This document shows, in pieces, positions 9,027 to 18,151 of a stretch of DNA of 39,267 nucleotides; within the stretch, counting starts at the first letter, position 1, and every line of letters begins with the position of its first letter. This stretch comes from an uncultured Veillonellaceae bacterium (GTDB lineage: Bacteria; Bacillota; Negativicutes; UBA1444), in the NCBI GenBank assembly GCA_964647865.1, contig CAZYJK010000002.1:1-39267 (forward strand), in the 5' to 3' direction. The notes beneath the pieces are model-generated. The model had not been told where the DNA came from. It was given only the letters and a program-made list of their open reading frames with translations, and made no database searches. The translations under genes were made by a program, and so were the position numbers.

Positions 9027-10109
9027 TCAGTCCGGTAAGGCCACGATATCGGGCGCCGAGACGATGACGCCGACCTGGTCGCCTTCGTTCCAGACCGGGG
9101 TATTGGTCATGTAGGGTTCTTCCACATGAATCATCCGGCCGTCCGGTAAAGTGACTTCATATTCCAGCCGATCACCGACAAAGGTGCGTAACTGGACGCA
9201 ACCGGCAATGCTGTCGCCGCCGACCGGACCCAGGCGTAGACTTTCCGGTCGCACGACCAGTGAAACGAGTTTGCCTGCTTGGTAGCGGATATCCGGTAAA
9301 GCTCGGACGGCATAGGTCTTTTCAAACAAGTCAACTGTTACGGATTTTTCCGTTGAGTCGCGGACGATTCCCTGCAGCACGTTGGCCTGGCCGATAAAGT
9401 CGGCCACAAATAAAGTAGCCGGGTTGGCATATAGCCCGAACGGACTATCCACCTGCTCCACCCGACCCTTATTCATTACGACGATACGGTCGGCCAGTGT
9501 AAGGGCTTCTTTTTGATCATGGGTCACATACAGGCAGGTTAGGCCGAGTTGTTTTTGAATCCGGCGGATCTCGATCCGCATCTGGATCCGCAGCTTGGCG
9601 TCGAGATTCGACAACGGCTCATCCATCAGCAGAACCTGCGGTCCCATCGCCAGTACCCGGGCCAGTGCAATGCGCTGCTGTTCGCCGCCGGACAATTGGT
9701 TGGGATAACGGGCGGCAACAGTGGGCAACCCGACTAGAGCGAGACTGTCGTTGACTTTCTGCTGTATTGTTGCTTCTGCCAGCTTGCGGGCCCGTGGTCC
9801 ATAAGCAACATTGTCAAAAATCGTCATGTGGGGAAACAAAGCGTAATTTTGAAACACAAACCCGATGTCCCGCTTATTGACCATAATTTCCGTGACATCG
9901 CGGTCATCGAACCGGATCCGGCCGGCAGTAGGCGTCTCAAATCCGGCGATCATCCGCAGCAGGGTAGTTTTGCCGCAACCGGAAGGGCCGAGAAACGTCA
10001 CCAACTCTCCCTTGTTGACGCTGAGGTGAACATCGTCTACGGCACGGAATTGATTCTTATCTTTGACGAAGACTTTCGTCAGATGTTCGATGGAAATACC
10101 AACCGACAT
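9027..10109 (-). CDS. ABC importer ATP-binding protein (FbpC/AfuC/PotA type), system II
   Basis: Walker [10 protein letters not shown], signature LSGGEQQR, Walker B LLMDEPLS, ~120-aa C-terminal regulatory extension. Confidence 0.92.
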   Translation of the reverse strand: MSVGISIEHLTKVFVKDKNQFRAVDDVHLSVNKGELVTFLGPSGCGKTTLLRMIAGFETPTAGRIRFDDRDVTEIMVNKRDIGFVFQNYALFPHMTIFDNVAYGPRARKLAEATIQQKVNDSLALVGLPTVAARYPNQLSGGEQQRIALARVLAMGPQVLLMDEPLSNLDAKLRIQMRIEIRRIQKQLGLTCLYVTHDQKEALTLADRIVVMNKGRVEQVDSPFGLYANPATLFVADFIGQANVLQGIVRDSTEKSVTVDLFEKTYAVRALPDIRYQAGKLVSLVVRPESLRLGPVGGDSIAGCVQLRTFVGDRLEYEVTLPDGRMIHVEEPYMTNTPVWNEGDQVGVIVSAPDIVALPD

Positions 10110-10121
10110 GAATAAGCCTCC

Positions 10122-11759
10122 TTAGCGCGAATAACGGGGGTAAGCCAGGCGAAACATCAGTGAGATCAAGCCGCTGGCAGCAAAAACGATCAGGATGAGC
10201 ACGACGGAAAATGCCGAAGCCTGGGCAAACTGAAGTTCGGTCATGCATTCCAGAATGCGGGTGGTGAGCAACGTCCAGTGGACCGAAATCAGGAAAATGG
10301 TGGCGCTGATCGCCGTCATTGCCCGGATGAACAGAAACTTCATCCCGGCGGTTACGGCAGGGATGATCAGCGGCAGGGTGACTTTGCGAAACGTGCCGAA
10401 GGCTGATTCGCCGAGCGACAGCGACGCTTCCTCCAGCGACAGGTCAATCTGTTGCAGCGAGGCAACTGTCGAACGGATACCGGTGGCATCATAACGGAAC
10501 ACATAGGCGGCCACAATGATCGCCATCGTACCGGTCAGCACCAGCGGGCCGGTATTAAAGGCGATAACATAGGAAATGCCGACAACCGTACCTGGCAGGG
10601 CATAGTTTAACAGGGCTGCGAACTCCATGACCCGTCGCCCGGGGAACCTCATCCGCGAAGTGATGTAACCGAAAGCGGTGCCGAGAATCGCGCCAATCGG
10701 GGTGACGACCAGTGCAATCAGCACCGTGTCCTTGATCGCTTTCATGCCCCGATTGAATACGTAGTCATAATGCTCGAAGGTGGGGCTATAGTCGACTCCC
10801 CAGACTTTGACCAATGAACCGAGGAAGATGATCGCATACAAAAACAGAATAAAAGCCGAAACGAGCAGGCAAACCGAAACCACACCGATTTCCGGCGCCA
10901 GACCCAGACTGCGGATGCCGGTGTGTGGACCGGATTTGCCGCTGATGGTGACATAACTCTTTTCGCCGATCCAGTAGCGCTGCAGGAAATACACAATCAG
11001 CGCCGGGATCAGCAGGATGAACGACAGCGAAGCGCCGCCGCGCAAGTCGTGCAACCCGGTGATCTGCAGATAGGCCTGGGTGGGCAGTACCGGAAACGAA
11101 TGACCGGCCAGCACTAGCGGCGTGGCAAAGTCGGCCAGCGAGCTGGCGAACAGCAACAAAAAAGCATTAGCCAGACCCGGCGTGGTCAGTGGCAGGGTAA
11201 CGGACGCGAAGGTGCCGAGACGTGAACGTCCCAGACTGAGCGAGGCATCTTCCAGATTCGGGTCGATTGCTGCCAGTACGGCAGACAGCGTGAGAAAGGC
11301 CACCGGAAAAACGGTCAGCGTCTCTGACAGCCAGGTGCCCCAAAAGCCGTAGATGGTGAATTCCGGCAAACCGAACCAGCGGAAGAACATACCGTTGGGA
11401 CCCAGTGCCAGGGTAATCGCAATGCTGCTGGTAAACGGCGGCGAAATCAGCGGCAGCACCGGCACTGCGCCTAAAAACCACTTGACCGGTCGCGGCAGGT
11501 TCATTCGGGTCACGGCAAAGGCAAAGATAAAACCGAGCAAGACCCCAGCCAGCGCTACGGCAAAGGCAAGATACAGGCTGTTGAAAACAGCAGCCCGGTC
11601 ATACCAGTTGGTAAAGACCCGCTCCAGACTGGCCAGGCTGAAATAGCCGTCGGCAAAAAAAGTCACCTGTAGCAGGCGGGCGAAGGGGTATAGCACAAAT
11701 ACCCCCAACGCCAGCCACAGGGTCGCGATTGCAGAAACCAGGGCAGGGTCGCGTTTCAT
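10122..11759 (-). CDS. ABC importer fused two-domain permease (FbpB/AfuB type), system II
   Basis: 545 aa, ~12 TM. Two EAA loops: EDASLSLGRSRLGTFASVTLPL and EEASLSLGESAFGTFRKVTLPL. ATGA overlap with the upstream SBP gene. Confidence 0.9.
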   Translation of the reverse strand: MKRDPALVSAIATLWLALGVFVLYPFARLLQVTFFADGYFSLASLERVFTNWYDRAAVFNSLYLAFAVALAGVLLGFIFAFAVTRMNLPRPVKWFLGAVPVLPLISPPFTSSIAITLALGPNGMFFRWFGLPEFTIYGFWGTWLSETLTVFPVAFLTLSAVLAAIDPNLEDASLSLGRSRLGTFASVTLPLTTPGLANAFLLLFASSLADFATPLVLAGHSFPVLPTQAYLQITGLHDLRGGASLSFILLIPALIVYFLQRYWIGEKSYVTISGKSGPHTGIRSLGLAPEIGVVSVCLLVSAFILFLYAIIFLGSLVKVWGVDYSPTFEHYDYVFNRGMKAIKDTVLIALVVTPIGAILGTAFGYITSRMRFPGRRVMEFAALLNYALPGTVVGISYVIAFNTGPLVLTGTMAIIVAAYVFRYDATGIRSTVASLQQIDLSLEEASLSLGESAFGTFRKVTLPLIIPAVTAGMKFLFIRAMTAISATIFLISVHWTLLTTRILECMTELQFAQASAFSVVLILIVFAASGLISLMFRLAYPRYSR

Positions 11760-12802
11760 TTGATTACTTCATTGATCCAGCGGTCGACGAGACGCTGGCG
11801 GTCTTTGCCTGCTTTCAGGATATCGACTTCAATAAGCTTGACCTTGCCCATGTCCAGGGCCGGATCCTGCACTTTCACATCCGGGTTGGTAGGGATGAAG
11901 AAGATTTTGTTGGTTTCATAAAGTTTCTGCATATCGGCGGTGGAGGCCCAGTCAAGGAATTTTTTGGCCAGCGCCGGTTGTTTGGCTCCCTTGATCAGCG
12001 CCATCGCTTCGACTGCGTAGGCTACGCCTTCTTTGGGGTAGCTGATCACGACATCATGGCCCTGCGCTTTGATTTCCAGTGTGTCAACCAGGAAGAAAAT
12101 GCCGCCGGCTGCTTGTCCGTTAGCTACCGGCAAGGCGCCGCCAGCGCCGCTCTTGGTATACATCTGGATGTTCTGGTGCAGTTTTTTCTGGTAATCATAG
12201 GCTTTATCCTCGCCCATGGTGTAGGTCAGGCTGAGGATCCGTGAGATGGCTGTGCCTGATGTGCGGGCATCCGCTGTCTGCAGGCCATTCTTGAAGGCCG
12301 GATTCAGCAATTCATCCCAAGAAGTGGGGGCGGGCAGGTTCTTTTGTTTGAGAACCTTGTTGTTGAACATGAAGCTGATTGGATTGACAGCAACGCCGAC
12401 CCAGTTGTTCTGAGGGTCTTTGAACTTGGCCGGGATCTTGTCGGCGCCTTTGGGGGCGTAGGGTTCAAACACGCCTTTTTCGACGCCGGCGGCAAATGTG
12501 TCAGCCGGTCCACCGAACAGGACATCGACCTGCGGATTGCCTTTCTCGGCAACTACACGGGCCAGCGCCTCGCCTGAGGAGAAACGCAGGAAATTGACCT
12601 TGACGCCGGTTTCTTTGGTAAAGGCGGCAAATACCGCCGAGGAGTATTTTTCCGGCCAGATGGTGTAAATATTGATCGTTTCAGTTTTTGCCGGAGCTGC
12701 CGGTTTGGCGTCGGGCTTTTTGTCAGCGCCGCCGCAGCCTATGAGTAGCAAAGACAGTGAAAACACCAGGAACAAGAGCACGAACGAGCGTTTTGCTTGC
12801 AT
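11756..12802 (-). CDS. ABC importer lipoprotein substrate-binding protein (SBP3; FbpA/AfuA-type fold family), system II
   Basis: Start chosen at MQAKRSFVLLFLVFSLSLLLIGCGG (lipobox) with GGGAGG upstream. The ORF-track start at 12880 adds 26 residues with no SD. Paralogous to SBP1 (16818..17858). Confidence 0.88.
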   Translation of the reverse strand: MQAKRSFVLLFLVFSLSLLLIGCGGADKKPDAKPAAPAKTETINIYTIWPEKYSSAVFAAFTKETGVKVNFLRFSSGEALARVVAEKGNPQVDVLFGGPADTFAAGVEKGVFEPYAPKGADKIPAKFKDPQNNWVGVAVNPISFMFNNKVLKQKNLPAPTSWDELLNPAFKNGLQTADARTSGTAISRILSLTYTMGEDKAYDYQKKLHQNIQMYTKSGAGGALPVANGQAAGGIFFLVDTLEIKAQGHDVVISYPKEGVAYAVEAMALIKGAKQPALAKKFLDWASTADMQKLYETNKIFFIPTNPDVKVQDPALDMGKVKLIEVDILKAGKDRQRLVDRWINEVIK

Positions 12803-12821
12803 GAGTTTTGCCTCCCTGTTG

Positions 12822-13877
12822 TTATTTTTCCAGCATCGTTTTGCGGAAGGTCTCCTTAACGATTTCGGCTTCTTTGGCAAACTTGCCCCAATCCAGCATC
12901 GGTGAATTTTTGGTGATTACAGCTTTGTCAGGCGCACCCTTGGGTGGCGGCACATCGTTGCGGACCGAATGCATCCATCCTTTCGTGACAATCGCCTGCT
13001 GGCCTTCTTTGGACAACCACCAGTCGGTTACTGCCTTGGCGGCTTCCGGGTTCTGGCTGCTGGCAAAGATGGCGATCGGGCTGGGCAGAATGACTGCACC
13101 GTCAGTCGGGTAGGCAACCTTGAGCGGTTCGCCCTTGGCGGAGACTTTCAGGATGTTCTCTTCGCCGATGATCCCGACAAAATATTCGCCGGTAACCAGT
13201 TTATTCTGCACTGCCGTGTTGCCACCTTCAATCTTCATGCCGTTTGCTTTCAGTGCTTTGAAATAATCCCAACCATAGCGCTGCGACAAGTCGGCGGTGA
13301 CGGTCAGGATCGAACCGGAGAGAAGAGGATTGGCCATCGCCAGCTTGTTGTTCCATTTGGGATCAAGTAAATCTTTGAATGACTTCGGCGCTTCTTCAGG
13401 TTTTACCTTCGTCGTATTGTAAGCCATCAACATATAGCTTAAACGGACGCCGGTCCAGTATCCTTCGTTGTCTTTATACTTGGCGTCGACGAACTGACGG
13501 TTCGGCGCGTCAAATTTCAGTAACAGATTTTTTTCTTTAAGCGTGATGTAATAGCCTGGATCAGAGACCATCAGCACATCGGCTTGGACTTTTTTGGCTT
13601 CGATTTCACCGGCTAATTTGGTCATGACTTGTTCGGAGCCCGCCTGAAACCACTGCACGTCCAGGTTTGGGAAAGCCTTCTTCAGTTCAGGTTTTACTGC
13701 TTCGATAATATCCGGGAACATTGAAGTATAAATCATCAGTTTGCCGGACGGGCCAGCGGGTTTGGCTGGGGCAGCCGGTTTTTCGGCGGGCTTCTTGTCC
13801 GAACCGCCGCAACCGGCGATCAGTGTGGTCAGCATGGCCAGAATCATGAGAATGGCAAACATTTTCCCCTTTTTCAT
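12822..13877 (-). CDS. Orphan ABC lipoprotein substrate-binding protein (SBP2), close paralogue of SBP4 at 19664..20701
   Basis: Start at MKKGKMFAILMILAMLTTLIAGCGG with AGGGAGGGG upstream. No permease or ATPase of its own. 28 of the first 40 aligned positions from PSG(K/T)LMIYTS onward are identical to SBP4. Confidence 0.88.
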   Translation of the reverse strand: MKKGKMFAILMILAMLTTLIAGCGGSDKKPAEKPAAPAKPAGPSGKLMIYTSMFPDIIEAVKPELKKAFPNLDVQWFQAGSEQVMTKLAGEIEAKKVQADVLMVSDPGYYITLKEKNLLLKFDAPNRQFVDAKYKDNEGYWTGVRLSYMLMAYNTTKVKPEEAPKSFKDLLDPKWNNKLAMANPLLSGSILTVTADLSQRYGWDYFKALKANGMKIEGGNTAVQNKLVTGEYFVGIIGEENILKVSAKGEPLKVAYPTDGAVILPSPIAIFASSQNPEAAKAVTDWWLSKEGQQAIVTKGWMHSVRNDVPPPKGAPDKAVITKNSPMLDWGKFAKEAEIVKETFRKTMLEK

Positions 13878-13978
13878 TGTTTCAAACCCCTCCCTCTCTT
13901 TGTGAAAACAAAACCGAGATGCCCATATGGACGCAAATCCACACAGACATCCCGGATTTTCTCTCAATTCTCTGTCCC

Positions 13979-14007
13979 GCAGATGCTTTTATGCTGAAAT
14001 TATGCAG
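13979..14007 (-). promoter_or_regulatory. Candidate response-regulator (Pho-box-like) site: 8-mers in 11-bp phase
   Basis: Plus strand has TTATGCTG (13989-13996) and TTATGCAG (14000-14007), start-to-start 11 bp. Minus strand reads CTGCATAATTTCAGCATAA, loosely like CTGTCATA-type Pho boxes. Lies in the 147-nt gap upstream of SBP2. Confidence 0.25.
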
Positions 14008-14024
14008 TTAGGCGCCTTGTTTGC

Positions 14025-15098
14025 TCACTTGACAATATGGAGCTTGTTCGGTGCGATGACCAGGAACACCTGCTCGCCGGCTTCGAAGGTCTGGTGGTTT
14101 GCCGGGTCGGCATCTACCAGCAGCAGGTTTTGGCCATGCGAAGAGATGACGTAATCCTGGTAAGAGCCCATGAAAACCGAGGACGCTATCGTTGCCGGGA
14201 TCCCCGCATCACAGGAAAGCGTAATCGCCTCCGGGCGGACGATCAATTTGACGGCATCACCGGGTTGCAGCGCGAGGCCGGTCTTTACATGAAAACTGGT
14301 TCCCAGGGCCGATACCTCGGTACGGTCGTCGTTTACGGCAACCACCTGACTGGGGATGATGTTGGCGGTGCCGATGAAATCGGCGACAAACTGGCTGGCC
14401 GGCGTGGCGTAGATTTCCCGCGGCGTGCCGATCTGTTCGACGACGCCTTTGTTCATGACGATGATCCGGTCGGACATGCTCATCGCTTCGGCCTGGTCAT
14501 GCGTGACATAGATGCTGGTGATGCCAAACTGACGCTGGATTTTGCGGATTTCCCGCCGCATGTGAATGCGCAGCTTGGCGTCCAGATTGGACAGCGGTTC
14601 GTCAAACAGCAATACTGACGGTTCCATGACCAGCGCCCGGGCCAGGGCGACCCGTTGCTGCTGTCCGCCGGAGAGCTGATTGGGCGAGCGGGTTTCCAGT
14701 TCGCTCAGTCCGACCAGGCCCAGGATTTCTTTGACTTTGGTCCGAATATCGTCGGATTTCATTTTTTTTATCTTCAGTCCGTAGGCGATGTTTTCAAAAA
14801 CGTTCAGATGGGGAAACAGGGCGTAGCTCTGAAACACCATCGCCGTGTCGCGGCGGTCTGGAGTCAGCGTGTTGACCCGTTCATCACCGATCAGGACATC
14901 GCCTGACGTCGGGATTTCAAAACCGGCGACCATTCTGAGGATCGTTGTCTTGCCGCAACCGGAAGGACCGAGCAACGTGACGAACTCTCCCGGTTCGATC
15001 CGTAGCGAGACATTGTCGACCGCGGTCACTTTTTTGCCGCCGGAGCCGTCGAATACTTTGACGAGATTCTTTACACTGACGCTTTTGGATGCTGACAA
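14025..15098 (-). CDS. ABC importer ATP-binding protein (FbpC/AfuC/PotA type), system I
   Basis: Walker [10 protein letters not shown], signature LSGGQQQR, Walker B LLFDEPLS. TTG start with AAGGAGG upstream. Confidence 0.92.
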   Translation of the reverse strand: MSASKSVSVKNLVKVFDGSGGKKVTAVDNVSLRIEPGEFVTLLGPSGCGKTTILRMVAGFEIPTSGDVLIGDERVNTLTPDRRDTAMVFQSYALFPHLNVFENIAYGLKIKKMKSDDIRTKVKEILGLVGLSELETRSPNQLSGGQQQRVALARALVMEPSVLLFDEPLSNLDAKLRIHMRREIRKIQRQFGITSIYVTHDQAEAMSMSDRIIVMNKGVVEQIGTPREIYATPASQFVADFIGTANIIPSQVVAVNDDRTEVSALGTSFHVKTGLALQPGDAVKLIVRPEAITLSCDAGIPATIASSVFMGSYQDYVISSHGQNLLLVDADPANHQTFEAGEQVFLVIAPNKLHIVK

Positions 15099-15111
15099 AG
15101 CAAATGCCTCC

Positions 15112-16794
15112 TTAACCGCCCTGCACGTCAGAAACTTCGACGCCCATCCGGTTCAGTATGAATTTCAGAATGCCGGTAACGACCAGGACAATGAAGATCA
15201 GAATCGTCGAATAAGCGGCGGCCACGCCAAGTTTTCCCACATCGACCTGTGACATGATCGATACCGTCAACAGGTTGTAGCTGGCCGATACCAGGAAGAT
15301 GACGGCGCTGACGGCAGTCATGCTACGCACGAAACAGTACACCAAACCGCTGAAAAAGGCTGACTTGATCAAAGGAATCGTTACGGAGGTAAAGACCTTG
15401 AATGAGCTGGCGCCGAGATCCTGGGCGGCTTCTTCGATGGCCGGATCAATTTGTTGCAATGAAGCGATACCGGCACGGATTCCGACCGGCATGCTGCGAA
15501 AAACGAACGACAGGACGATGATTGCAGCGGTACCGGTCAAGACAAGCGGTTCCTTGTTGTATGCCAAGACATAGCCAACGCCGATGACCGTGCCGGGAAT
15601 CGCCATCGATAGCAAGGAAGAAAACTCAATCAGGCTGCGACCGAGAAACTTTTTGCGCACAATCAAAAAAGCGATGACCATGCCCAGAATCCCGGTGATC
15701 GGCATGGACAGCAGCGAAAGCCAGGTCGTGTCGAGAATCGGTTTCATGCCGATGTCCAAGACGTACTGGTAGTGCTTGAGCGTCGGCGTGTAGTCGATGC
15801 CCCAGAGATTGACCAGCGATCCATACGGAATCAATGCATACAGTATGAGAATAAACAGGCTGATCAGCAGGCAGGGAACGCCGACGAAGAACAGGGGAAT
15901 CGGGTCGGCTGTCAGTTCCCGCGCGCGCGACGGTTTGCCGGTTACCGTGACGTAGGATTTGTCGCCGACCCAGTATTTTTGGACGACGAACATCAGGACG
16001 GAGACGCTCAGCAGGATGGTCGCAAGTGCGGTGCCGCCCTTCATGTCGTAGTTTCCCATCGCCTGCATGTAAATCTGGGCAGCAAGCGTGTTATAGTTGC
16101 CGCCGATGACCATCGCATTGCCGAAATCGGCTACGCTTTGGATGAACACAAGTAGGAAGGCGTTCGCAATGCCGGGCCGCACCAGCGGTAGGATGATGGT
16201 CCGGAAAATGTGACCGCGCGAAGCGCCCATATTGCGGGCGGCTTCTTCCAGCGCCGGGTCGATCTGGCGTAGCAGTCCGGCCAGCACCAGATAGGCTACT
16301 GGGAAGAAGGTCAGCACCTGGACGGTTGCCAGGCCTTCGAACCCATAGATGTTTGTTTCCTTTAGGCCGAGCAGGCTGCGGGTGACAAAACCCTGCTGAC
16401 CGAACAGCATGATAAAGGACATCGATAGCGCGAACGGCGGTGAAATGATCGGCAGGATTGCCAGGGTATTGAAAACGCCTTTGAAGCGGATCTTGAGAAA
16501 TGCATCGGCGTAAGCGAACAGAAACCCGACAATCGTTGACACGGCGCTGACAAAAACGCCAAGCCAGATCGTATTCCCCAGCGTCCGGAGGTTTTCTGCA
16601 TTGGAAAGCGCTTCCCGGTAAAAACTGACGGTGAAGGAACCGTCGGCGGCGCGAAAGCCTTCCTGCAGGATTTCATACAGGGGCCAGAGGATAAATAAAA
16701 CCAGAGAAGCCGCCACGAACAGTATCGTGGCGGCAAGAATCGGATCGCGCGTAATCAGGCGCAGTTCGTCAAGCTTTCGTCGAACGGTATTCAC
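15112..16794 (-). CDS. ABC importer fused two-domain permease, system I
   Basis: 560 aa, ~12 TM. EAA loops EEAARNMGASRGHIFRTIILPL and EEAAQDLGASSFKVFTSVTIPL. Confidence 0.9.
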   Translation of the reverse strand: MNTVRRKLDELRLITRDPILAATILFVAASLVLFILWPLYEILQEGFRAADGSFTVSFYREALSNAENLRTLGNTIWLGVFVSAVSTIVGFLFAYADAFLKIRFKGVFNTLAILPIISPPFALSMSFIMLFGQQGFVTRSLLGLKETNIYGFEGLATVQVLTFFPVAYLVLAGLLRQIDPALEEAARNMGASRGHIFRTIILPLVRPGIANAFLLVFIQSVADFGNAMVIGGNYNTLAAQIYMQAMGNYDMKGGTALATILLSVSVLMFVVQKYWVGDKSYVTVTGKPSRARELTADPIPLFFVGVPCLLISLFILILYALIPYGSLVNLWGIDYTPTLKHYQYVLDIGMKPILDTTWLSLLSMPITGILGMVIAFLIVRKKFLGRSLIEFSSLLSMAIPGTVIGVGYVLAYNKEPLVLTGTAAIIVLSFVFRSMPVGIRAGIASLQQIDPAIEEAAQDLGASSFKVFTSVTIPLIKSAFFSGLVYCFVRSMTAVSAVIFLVSASYNLLTVSIMSQVDVGKLGVAAAYSTILIFIVLVVTGILKFILNRMGVEVSDVQGG

Positions 16795-16817
16795 AAGCTA
16801 CCCTCAATCTGCAAGCG

Positions 16818-17858
16818 TTACTTGATCGCTTTGCTCCACTTTTCCACCAGGGCGCTGCGGTTTTTGCCAGCCCAGTCGAGGTTGTAGTCAATCAGTTTTG
16901 TGTTTTTTATCGGTTCGGCCTGTTTGGGCGGAGCGGCCTCAGGATTGGTCAGGAATTGATAGGAACCGACCAACTGGCCGAATTCCTGTCCTTTCTTGGA
17001 CAAGGCCCAGTCTACCCATTTCTTGGCGGCTTCCTGATCGGGTCCTCCCTTGATGATCGCGACAGCGCCGATTTCATAACCGGTGCCTTCGGACGGTGCA
17101 GATAGGACAAGATCTTTCATGCCTTCTTCCTGATACTTGATCCCGTCATGCAGGAACGTCAATCCGACGGTCACTTCGCCCTGACCGGCCATTCGGGCCG
17201 GCGCGGTTCCCGATTTTTGATAGACCTTGATCTGACCGTTGAGTTTTTTCATGTAGTCCAGGCCTTTTTCCTCGCCCATCAGCTGGACAATCGTTGCCAG
17301 CATCGTATAGGCGGTTCCGGAAGAACCCGGGTTGGCCATCGAAACCTGTCCCTTCAGTTCGGGGCGCAGCAGATCCTGCCAGGACTGCGGTACAGGGATG
17401 CCTTTTTCCTTCAACAGCTTCGCATTGGAAGAAAAACCGAGATAACCTACGTAGATTCCGGTCCAGTACCCTTCGGCGTCTTTGAACTTGGCCGGAATTT
17501 TAGCGGCTACCGGCGATTGGTATTTTTCCAGCAGCCCTTCATTTTTGGCTGCGATAAAGGCATCAGCCGGTCCACCCCACCAGACGCTGGCCTTGGGGTT
17601 GTTCTTTTCGGCCCGGATCCGGCCGAGGACTTCGCCCGAACTCATCCGGACCGCGTCGACCTTGATGCCGGTATCTTTTTGAAACTCCTGGATCGCTTTG
17701 GCCATGTGGTCTTCCATGAGGCCGCAATATAATGTCAGTCGTAACTGTTTAGTCTCGGTTTTGGCCGGCGCACCGCCACCGCAGCCCGCCAGGGCCAATG
17801 AGGCGACAAACAGACACAGGATCAGCAGACTGGAGAATTTAAGAGTGCTTCGTTTCAT
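16818..17858 (-). CDS. ABC importer lipoprotein substrate-binding protein (SBP1), system I
   Basis: Start at MKRSTLKFSSLLILCLFVASLALAGCGG (lipobox) with GGAGGGG 9 nt upstream. The ORF-track start is 6 codons earlier. Confidence 0.88.
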   Translation of the reverse strand: MKRSTLKFSSLLILCLFVASLALAGCGGGAPAKTETKQLRLTLYCGLMEDHMAKAIQEFQKDTGIKVDAVRMSSGEVLGRIRAEKNNPKASVWWGGPADAFIAAKNEGLLEKYQSPVAAKIPAKFKDAEGYWTGIYVGYLGFSSNAKLLKEKGIPVPQSWQDLLRPELKGQVSMANPGSSGTAYTMLATIVQLMGEEKGLDYMKKLNGQIKVYQKSGTAPARMAGQGEVTVGLTFLHDGIKYQEEGMKDLVLSAPSEGTGYEIGAVAIIKGGPDQEAAKKWVDWALSKKGQEFGQLVGSYQFLTNPEAAPPKQAEPIKNTKLIDYNLDWAGKNRSALVEKWSKAIK

Positions 17859-17903
17859 AATAGAAAACCCCTCCATCTTCTTTGTGGACCGTAACGCACA
17901 GCG

Positions 17904-17927
17904 TATACTAAATTCACCATTAGTATA
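17904..17927. repeat. Inverted repeat TATACTAA-N8-TTAGTATA, candidate operator
   Basis: Arms at 17904-17911 and 17920-17927 are perfect reverse complements. The right arm contains the -10 hexamer of the minus-strand promoter. Confidence 0.5.
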
Positions 17928-17951
17928 GCGCTAAGAAATGCCGCAAGTCAA
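17922..17951 (-). promoter_or_regulatory. Sigma-70/SigA-type promoter for the minus-strand ABC operon
   Basis: Minus strand reads TTGACT-18 nt-TATACT, with -35 at 17946-17951 and -10 at 17922-17927. About 65 nt upstream of the SBP1 start. Confidence 0.6.
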
Positions 17952-17966
17952 TCGAGAATCCCTTGT

Positions 17967-17995
17967 TTGACGCCTTGGTGAATCCAAGTTATAAT
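17967..17995 (+). promoter_or_regulatory. Sigma-70/SigA-type promoter for the phoU operon
   Basis: TTGACG (17967-17972), 17-nt spacer, TATAAT (17990-17995). Back-to-back with the minus-strand promoter; the two -35 boxes are 15 bp apart. Confidence 0.65.
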
Positions 17996-18061
17996 AGTTT
18001 TAATATTTAGATAGGCTACATATTCTCGGCAGCAATGGGGAGAGAGAACGCAAGAGAAATT

Positions 18062-18107
18062 CCCGGCATGTTGGTGATTTTTGTCACCCGTCCGGGGTTT
18101 TGTGTTT
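18062..18107 (+). terminator. Terminator-like hairpin plus T-tract inside the phoU leader (possible attenuator or 3' end of a short RNA)
   Basis: CCCGG(18062-66)/CCGGG(18092-96) and GGTGA(18073-77)/TCACC(18084-88) form a two-part stem with an internal loop, followed by GTTTTGTGTTT. About 45 nt before the phoU ATG. Confidence 0.35.
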
Positions 18108-18151
18108 CTAGTTTATTGAAGCAAAATCATCGATGAGGAAGGGTGGCATGA

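Noticed and set aside
18035-18136. A 33-codon ORF (MGRENAREIPGMLVIFVTRPGFCVSSLLKQNHR) inside the phoU leader, as a possible leader peptide.
   Set aside because: No SD precedes its ATG, and it has no run of regulatory codons. It simply reads through the hairpin region, so I treat the leader as RNA-level only.
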